A stretch of 64,000 nucleotides of DNA from assembly GCF_009834535.1 (NCBI RefSeq), contig NC_045697.1, forward strand, positions 119,786,001 through 119,850,000, in the 5' to 3' direction. Origin of the DNA: Camelus ferus (lineage: Eukaryota). The translations under genes were made by a program, and so were the position numbers. The notes beneath the pieces were generated by a model. It saw nothing but the letters and a program-made list of their open reading frames with translations, did no database searches and was not told the DNA's origin. This document shows positions 56,401-64,000 of this stretch, one piece after another; the first letter of the stretch is position 1; each line of letters opens with the position of its first letter.

Positions 56401-58450
56401 GAACACATCTTTGTGTGTGTGATGGTGTAGGAAAATTCACTCCAGGCATATTTCTGTTGTTACAGCTGTTCCCAGGTTTGGAGATGTCGCCTAATTACCT
56501 CCACTGCCAATGGGGAGGCAATCTATAATTCTACGTTTTCCAGACAAACTCCCAAATGTCCCTTGCAGCCCGGCCTAAGAAAACACCTAGTTATGACAAT
56601 ATTAGTGATTCTATGAGAAACCCATCACTGCTGCCTCTTGGAGGTACAACACAAACTAAAAATTCGGGGAACATGGCTTTGCTTGGTGGAGGTGTGGAGA
56701 CCAACACCACAAGATTCCTGGGGGCACATTTCTCTCTCTCTGGGAGAAGTCCGCTAATTACCTCTACAGTCAATCTCTGGGCACTCGTTGCTACTTGGCT
56801 TTCAAGCCAAACCCCAAGCTTTCCCTAGCATCCCGCACAGGAAAACACTCAGAAATAATAAGTTAATGGTTCTATTGGAACTCAAGCACTGCAGACCGTT
56901 GTAGGAACCTCCGCACACGTAGGATAACAGAAAAATTTTTTTGTGTCTCATTGAGATGGTAAAAGCTCCACGCATGTTTCAGGGTGTACTGGTGTTCCTA
57001 GGGTTTGGGAGTTCAGATACAACCAACTACAGCCCATGGGGAAGTACTCGAACCTGCTTGACTTTGCAGCCAATCCCCCAGTTTCCTTGGCAACCCAGCC
57101 TGAGGAAACAATCAGGAAATGTAGCTAAAGTTTCTATCAGAACCCAGGTGCTGCAGTCTGCTGTAGGAACTTCAACACACACAGGATTCCCAAACACGGC
57201 TTTGCTTGGAAAAGTTTTGAATCCCCAATCCACAAACATGGATGGGGGCACAAGTTTTTCTCTGTTAGGGAGAAGTCCGCGAATTAGCTCTACAGTCTTT
57301 CTCTGGCACCTGCTGCTACTTGGAATTCCAGCCCAACCCCCATGTTTCCCTTTCAGCCCGGCCTGTGTTAACACAGAGGGAAAAGAAGCTATTGGTTCTA
57401 TTTGAACCCATGCCCTGCTGATAATTTTGGAAACCTTCGAACACTCAGGATAACAGAAGATACCTTTCTGTGTGTGACGGAGTAGGAAAACACAATCCAG
57501 GAATGTTTCTGGGGGTACAGCTTTTCCCAGGTTGGGAGATGTCGAATAATTTCCTCTGCTTCCAATGGGGAGGCACTCTATACTTCTTCGCTTTCCAGAC
57601 CAACTCCCAGCTTTCCTTTGAAGCCCGGCCTAAGGAAACACCTAGGTATGACAATATTAGTGATTCTATCAGAACCCCCTCTCTGCTGACTGTTGGAAGT
57701 ACAACACACACTCAAAATTCCGGAATATGACTTTGCTTTGTGGAGGTATGGAGACCAACACCACAATATGGCTGGGGGCACAGTTTCTCTCTGTCTGGGA
57801 GAAGTCAGCTAATTACCTCTACAGTCAATATCTGGGCAATCCTGGCTAATTGGGTTTCCAACCGAATCTCCAGTTTCCCTCACAGCCCACCCTGGGACAC
57901 ACTCAGATATTATAAGCTAGTGGTTCTATTGGAACCAAGGCACTGCAGACCGTTGTAGGAAGCTCCGCACACGCAGGATAACAGAACAATTTTTTTGTGT
58001 TTCATTGAGATGGTAAAAATTCCACGCATGTTTCAGGGGGTACAGCTTTTCCTAGGTTGGGGGAGGTCAGATTATTCCCATTAATGACCATGGGGAAGTA
58101 ATTGCTCCTGCTTGGATATCCATCATATCCCCCAGTTTCCCTTGCAAACCAGTCAGAGAAAACAGTCAGGAAATATAGCTAAAGTTTCTATTAGAACCCA
58201 GGCGCTGCTGACAGTTGTAGAAACCTCCCCATACACAGGGTAACAGAACACATTTTTGTGTGTGAGATGGAGTAGGAATACACAGTACATGCATGTATCT
58301 GGGGTGCAGGTTTAACCAGTTTGGGAGACGTTGGCTAAGTATCTCCACAGCCCATGGGGAGGCACTCAGTTTTCTTCGATTTCCAGCCCTACTCCCAGGT
58401 TCCCATGCAGCCCGGGTTAGGAAATCACCCAGGGATTACAAACTAAATCA

Positions 58451-61105
58451 TTTTATCAGAACCAGCGCGCTGCTGTATGTGTTGAGGAACCTCCAAACAC
58501 TCAGGATTCCAGAACACGGAATTGCTTGGTGCGAATTGTGAAGCCCCACAGCACACTCATTCCTGGGGTCCCAAGATTTTCCCTTTTAGGGCCAAGTCCG
58601 CTAATTACCTCCATAGTCCATCTCGGGGCACTCGCTGCTACTTGGATCCCCAGCCCAACCCCCATGTTTCCCTTGCAGCCCGGCCTGGGTTAACACAGAA
58701 CGAAAAAAAGCTTTTGGTGTTATTCGAACCCATGCCCTGCTGACAATTGTGGAAAACTTCGAACACTCAAGATAACAGAACATATCTATCTGTGTGTGAT
58801 GGAGTAGGAAAACACACTCCAGGCATTTTTTGGGGATCCAGGTTTTCCCAGGTTGGGGGAGGTCGGCTAGATTCCTTTAGTGCCCATGGTGTGGCACTTT
58901 CTTCTTCTTCGTTTTCAAGCCCAACTCCCAGCTTTCCCTTGCAGCCCGGACAAGTGAAACACCCATGGATGACAAATAAGTGATTCTATCAGAACCACGG
59001 CGTTGCTGTCTGTTGGAGGATCCTCCAAAGCTTCAGGATTCTGGAACACGTCTTTGAGTGTGGGGAGTTGTGGAACCCCAATCCACGCAGATGGATGGGG
59101 TCACAGATTTGTCCCTGTTAGGGAGAAGTCCGCTAATTACCTCCAAAGTGCATCTTGGGGCACTCGCTTTTTCTTAGATTTTCAGTCTATCCCCCAGTTT
59201 TCACTTGCAGCCCGGCGTTGTAAAACACTCAGTGATAATAAGCTAGGTTTCTTTTGGAACCCAGGTGCTGCAGACAATTGTAGGAACCTCCCCACACTCA
59301 GAATAACAGAACAAAACTTTGAGTGTCTGATTTAGATGGGTAAACTAAATCCACGCATGTTTCAGATTGTATAGGAGTTCCTAGGTTGTGGGAGGTCGGA
59401 TATTTACATCCACTGTCCATGGGGAGTCCCTTGCAGTTGCTTGGATTCCAGCCCAACCCCCAGCGTACCCTCGCATTCCGGCCTGTGAAAACACTCAGGG
59501 AAAAAACTACAGTTTGTATAAGAACTAAGGCGCTCCTGACAGATGTAGAAACCTCCCTATACTAAGGATAACAGAACACAGCTTTGTGTGTGTGATGGAG
59601 TAGGAAAACACTTTAAGGCATGTCACTGGGATGCAGGTGTTCGCAGGATGGGAATTGTTGGCCAATTACCTCCACTGCCCATGGGGAAGCACTCTCTTCT
59701 TCTTCGATATCCAGCCCTAATCCTAGCATTCCCTTGCAGCCCGACCGTGGAAAACACCCAGGGATGACAAACTAAATCATTCTATCAGAACCAGGGCGCT
59801 GCTGTATGTTGGAGGAACCTCCAAACACTCAGGATTCCGGAACACGGATTTTCTTGGTGCGAATTTTGATACCCCAAAGCACACTCATTCTTGGGGCCTA
59901 AGATTTTCCCTTATAAGTCCAAGTACGCTAAGTACTTCCATAGTCCATCTCGGGGCACTCGCTGCTACTTGGATTTCCAGCCCAACCCACATGATTCCCT
60001 TGCAGCCCGGCCTGGGTAACACAGATCGAAAAGAAGCTATTGGTGCTATTCGAACCCATGCCCTGCTGAAAATTGTGGAAACCTTCGAACACTCAGGATA
60101 ACAGAACATAACTTTCTGTGTGTGATGGAGTAGGAAAACACACTCCAGGCATTTTTCTGGGGATCCAGGTTTTCCCAGGTTGGGAGATGTCGGCTAGGTT
60201 CCTTCAGTGCCCATGGGGTGGCACTGTCTTCTTTTTCATTTTCAAGCCCAACTCCCAGCTTTCCCTTGAAGCCCGGACAATGAAACACCCATGGATGAAA
60301 AATAAGTGATTCTATCAGAACAACGGCGTTGCTGTCTGTTGGAGGAACCTCCAAACCTTCAGCATTCTGGAACACGTCTTTGATTGTGGGGAGTTGTGGA
60401 ACCCCAATCCACGCAGATGGATGGGGTCACAGATTTGTCCCTGTTAGGGAGAAGTCCGCTAATTACCTCCACAGTGCATCTTGGGGCACTCGTTTCTTCT
60501 TAGATTTTCAGTCTATCCCCCAGTTTTCACTCGCAGCCCGGCCTTGTAAAACACTCAGTTATAATAAGCTAGGTTTCTATTGGAACCCAGGTTCTGCAGA
60601 CAATTGTAGGAAACTCCACACAGTCAGAATAACAGAACAATTCTTTGAGTGTCTGATTTAGATGGGTAAACTAAATCCACGCATGTTTCAGTTTGTATAG
60701 CAGTTCCTAGGTGGTGGGAGTTCGGATAATTACATCCAATGTCCATGGGGAGTCCCTTGCTGTTGCTTGGATTCCAGCCCAACCCCCAGCATTCCCTCGC
60801 ATCCCGGCCTTTGAAAACACTCAGGGAAAAAAGCTACAGTTTTTATAAGAACTAAGGCGCTCTTGAAATTTGTAGAAACCTCCCTACACTAAGGAAAACA
60901 GAACACAGCTTTGTGTGAGTGATGGAGTAGGAAAACACAGTAAGGCATGTCTCTGGGGTGCAGGTTTTCGCAGGATAGGAAATGTTGGCTAATTACCTCC
61001 GCTGCCCATGGGGCAGCACTCTATTCTTTTTCGATATCCAGCCCTAATCCTAGCATTCCCTTGCAGCCCGACCGTGGAAAACACCCAGGGATGACAAACT
61101 AAATC
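58451..61105 (+). repeat. Second local 5-mer periodicity (C/I-J-M-N-B, ~1.33 kb x2)
   Basis: M-type ORFs lie at 59003/60329 (offset 1326). C/I hybrid monomers start at ~58451 and ~59780. Confidence 0.8.
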
Positions 61106-62149
61106 ATTCTATCAAACCAGGGCGCTGCTGTATGTTGGAGGAACCTCCAAACACTCAGGATTCCGGAACACGGTTTGCTTGTTGCGAATTGTGAAGCCAC
61201 ACAGCACACTCATTGCTGGGGCCCAAGATTTTCCCTTTTAGGTCCAAGTCCGCTAATTAACTCAATAGTCCATCTCGGGGCACTCGCTGCTACTTGGATT
61301 TCCAGCCCTAACCCAAGCTTTCCCTCGCATCCTAGCCTGGAAAAACACACAGGGAAAATATGTTATTGGTTATAATTGATCCCAGTCTCTACGTAAATTT
61401 GTAGGAACATTCCCACAACTAGGATAAAAGAAGAAACATTTGTGTGTCTGATGGTGATGAGTAAACAAACTCCAAGCATGTATCAGGGGGCTTAGGTGTT
61501 CCAAGGCTGTGGGACGTCGGAAAATTTCCTCAAATTCTCATGGGGAGTAACTCGCTGCTGCTACGAATTACAGCCAAGCCCACAGATTTACCTCGCAGCC
61601 AGGCCTGTGAAAACACTCACGGAAAACTAAATTCTGGTGCTTCTAGGATCCAGGCGCTGCTGAAACTTGTAGAATCCTCCACACACTCATGATAGCAGAA
61701 CAAATTTTTGTGTGTGTGATGGTGTAGGAAAATACACTCCAGGCATGTTTCTGGTGTTACAGCTGTTCCCAGGTTTGGAGATGTCGCCTAATTACCTCCA
61801 CTTCCAATGGGGAGGCACACTATACTTCTTCGCTTTCCAGACCAACTCCCAAATATCCCTTGCAGCCCGGCCTAAGGAAACACCTAAGGATGGCAATATT
61901 AGCGATTCTGTCAGAACCCACGCTCTGCTGCCTGTTGGAAGTACAACACACACTCAAAATTCCGGAACATGGCTTTGCTTGGTGGAGGTATGGAGACGAA
62001 CACCACAAGATGCCTGGGGGCACAGTTTCTCTCTGTCTGGGAGAAGTCCGCTAATTACCTCTACAGTCAATATCTGGGCAATCCTGGCTACTTGGATTTC
62101 CAGCCGAACCCCCAGTTTCCCTCGCAGCCCGCCCTGGAAAACACTCAGA

Positions 62150-62571
62150 GGTTATAAGCTAGGTTTCTATTGGAACCCAGGTTCTGCAGACAATTGTAGG
62201 AAACTCCCCACAGTCAGAATAACAGAACAATTCTTTGAGTGTCTGATTTAGATGGGTAAACTAAATCCACGCATGTTTCAGTTTGTATAGCAGTTCCTAG
62301 GTGGTGGGAGGTCGGATAATTACATCCAATGTCCATGGGGAGTCCCTTGATGTTGCTTGGATTCCAGCCCAACCCCCAGCGTTCCCTCGCATCCCGGCCT
62401 TTGAAAACACTCAGGGAAAAAAAGCTACAGTTTGTATAAGAACTAAGGCGCTCTTGAAATTTGTAGAAACCTCCCTACACTAAGGAAACAGAACACAACT
62501 TTGTGTGAGTGATGGAGTAGGAAAACACAGTAAGGCATGTCTCTGGGGTGCAGGTTTTCGCAGGATAGGAA
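62150..62571 (+). repeat. Near-identical copy of ~60560-60985 (N-B monomers), offset ~1590 bp (6 monomers)
   Basis: Shared private variants GGTTCTGCAGAC, CACAGTCAGAAT, GTATAGCAGTTCCTAGGTGG, CGCTCTTGAAATTTG, GTGTGAGTGATGG and GCAGGATAGGAA were seen together only at these two sites. Confidence 0.88.
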
Positions 62572-64000
62572 ACGTTGGCTAAGTATCTCCACAGCCCATG
62601 GGGAGGCACTCTGTTTTTCTTCGTTTTCCAGCCCTACTCCCATGTTTCCCTTGCAGCCCGGGTTGGAAAACACCCAGGGATGACAAACTAAATAATTCTA
62701 TCAGAACCAAGGCGCTGCTGTCTGTTGGAGGAACCTCCACACACACAGGATTAATAAACACGTCTTTGCTTTGGAGAATTGTGAAGCCCCACTCCACACA
62801 TATGTCTGAGGGCACAAGTTTTTCCCTGTTAGGTAGAAGTCCGCTAATTACCTCTGCAGACCATCGTGGGGCACTCGCTTCTACTTGGATTTCCATCCCA
62901 AACCCCAGGATTCCCTTGCAGCCCGGCCTGGGAAAACACATAGGGAAAAGTATTTACTGGTGCTGTTAGAACACATGCGCTTCTGACAATTGTGGAAAAC
63001 TACGAACACTCATGATAACAGCGTACATCTATCTGTGTTTGATGGAGTATTAAAACACACTCCAGGCATTTTTTTGGGGATCCAGTTTTTCCCAGGTTGG
63101 GAGATATCGGCTAGATTCCTTCACTGCCCATGGGGATGCATTGACTTCTTCGTTTTCAAGCCCAACTCCCAACTTTCACTTGCATCACGGTCTAGGATTA
63201 TACCCAGGGATGACTGTCTATGTGATTTTATCAGAGCTATGATGCTGCTGTCTATTTTAGGAACTTCCAGACCCTTAGGATTCTGGATCACGTCTATGCT
63301 TGGGGATAGCTTTGGAGACCCACACCACAGAGATGGCTGGGGCACAGATTTTTCCCTGTTAGGGAGATGTCCCCTAATTACTTCCACAGTCCATCTCGGG
63401 TCACTCACTGCTACATGGCTTTCCAGCACAAGTGCAGCTTTCCCTCGCAGGCCGGCCTGGAAAACAATCAGGGATAATAACCCAGTGGTTCTATTGGAAC
63501 CCAGGTGCTGCAGAACATTGTAGGATACTCCGCACACCCAGGAAAACAGAACACTTCTTTGTGTGTCCATTGAAGTTTTGTAAAAATACTCCTCGCGTGT
63601 ATCAGGGGTTAAGGTGTTGCTAGATAGTGGGAGTTCGGATAATTCCCACCAATGCCCATGGGGAGGCACTCGCTCATGCTTGGCTTTCCAGCCCAAACCC
63701 CAGGTTTCCCTCTCAGCCCGGCCTGGGAAAACACTCAGGGATTATATGCTACTGGTTGTATGGGAACCCAGTAGCTAACTACCGTTGTAGGCTCCTTCCC
63801 ACATCTGGGAAAACAGAAGAAATCTTTGTGTGTCTGATGGAGATGGGTAAACAAACTACACGCATATTTCAGGGGGCACAGGTGTTCCAAGGCTGTGGGA
63901 CGTCGGAAAATTACCTCAAATTCTCATGGGGAGTATCTCAATGCTGCTACGAAATACAGCCAAACCCACAGCTTTACCTCGCCACTAGGCGTGTATAAAA
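62572..64000 (+). repeat. Start of copy 2 of the ~7.68-kb duplication (runs off the window end)
   Basis: Begins inside a chimeric B/H monomer (CAGGATAGGAA|ACGTTGGCTAAGTATCTCCACAG) and then follows the sequence from 54888 onward almost base for base. Confidence 0.88.

Larger units (their letters stand above)
54888..62571 (+). repeat. Copy 1 of a ~7.68-kb (29-monomer) putative tandem duplication
   Basis: 54888-56316 is nearly identical to 62572-64000 (ORF offsets 55307/62990 and 55944/63627 = 7683). Shared private variants include CTTTGGAGAATTGTG, CACATATGTCTGAGG, GGAGTATTAAAAC and GTGTCCATTGAAG. Confidence 0.8.
1..64000. repeat. Tandem satellite DNA array, ~264-bp monomer (~242 copies), organised in higher-order repeats; probably (peri)centromeric heterochromatin
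   Basis: The anchor motif TTCTAT(C/T)(A/G)GAACCC..GCGCTGCTG and its variants recur at ~191, 455, 722, 987, 1255, 1522, 1782, 2040, 2308, 2573 and onward to ~63755, spaced 258-268 bp apart. Boxes such as GCTAATTACCTCCA, CCCATGGG and TTTCCCT(T/C)GCAGCCCGG...GGAAAACAC recur at equivalent positions. My manual monomer count (241 plus a partial) matches 64000/264.5. The centromeric assignment is inference only. Confidence 0.97.

Noticed and set aside
1..64000. Hundreds of short ORFs (60-235 aa), e.g. 46075-46782, 19397-20077, 27999-28682 and 37061-37744
   Set aside because: They are translations of the satellite. The same peptide fragments recur in different frames, with stops and frameshifts varying between copies. 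Many begin at GTG/TTG, and I recognised no domain.
1..64000. CRISPR-like or integron-cassette-like repeat/spacer organisation
   Set aside because: The sequence between conserved boxes is itself homologous and repeated rather than unique spacers or genes. The unit is ~264 bp, and no cas or integrase gene is present.
1..64000. Tandem RNA gene cluster (5S, tRNA, snRNA, snoRNA or miRNA)
   Set aside because: I recognised no 5S, tRNA or snRNA sequence and no consistent pol III A/B-box plus terminator layout. Divergence covers the whole unit, with no conserved gene-sized core. An Infernal/Rfam scan would be the definitive test.
1..64000. Primate alpha satellite (171 bp), horse 37cen (221 bp) or mouse major satellite (234 bp)
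   Set aside because: The monomer period measured here is ~264 bp, which matches none of these.

Overview
The whole 64-kb window is one uninterrupted, head-to-tail eukaryotic satellite DNA array. It holds about 242 diverged monomers of about 260-268 bp (mean about 264.5 bp), all in the same orientation. I found no credible protein-coding gene, RNA gene, transposon or CRISPR array; the ORFs in the track are translations of the repeat. The interest lies in the architecture. Monomers fall into about 14 types (my labels A-N, read by eye) and three ancestral classes, suggesting a ~0.8-kb trimer. They are assembled into several higher-order repeats (HORs): an 11-mer of ~2.91 kb, an 8-mer of ~2.12 kb, a 13-mer of ~3.45 kb, and 5- and 6-mers. 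These were in turn amplified by nested tandem duplications of ~7.15, ~10.85 and ~7.68 kb, and several duplication breakpoints survive as chimeric monomers. The organisation resembles a mammalian (peri)centromeric satellite, but species and centromere function cannot be established from the sequence alone. Coordinates were read manually; boundaries are good to roughly 10-30 bp unless stated otherwise.
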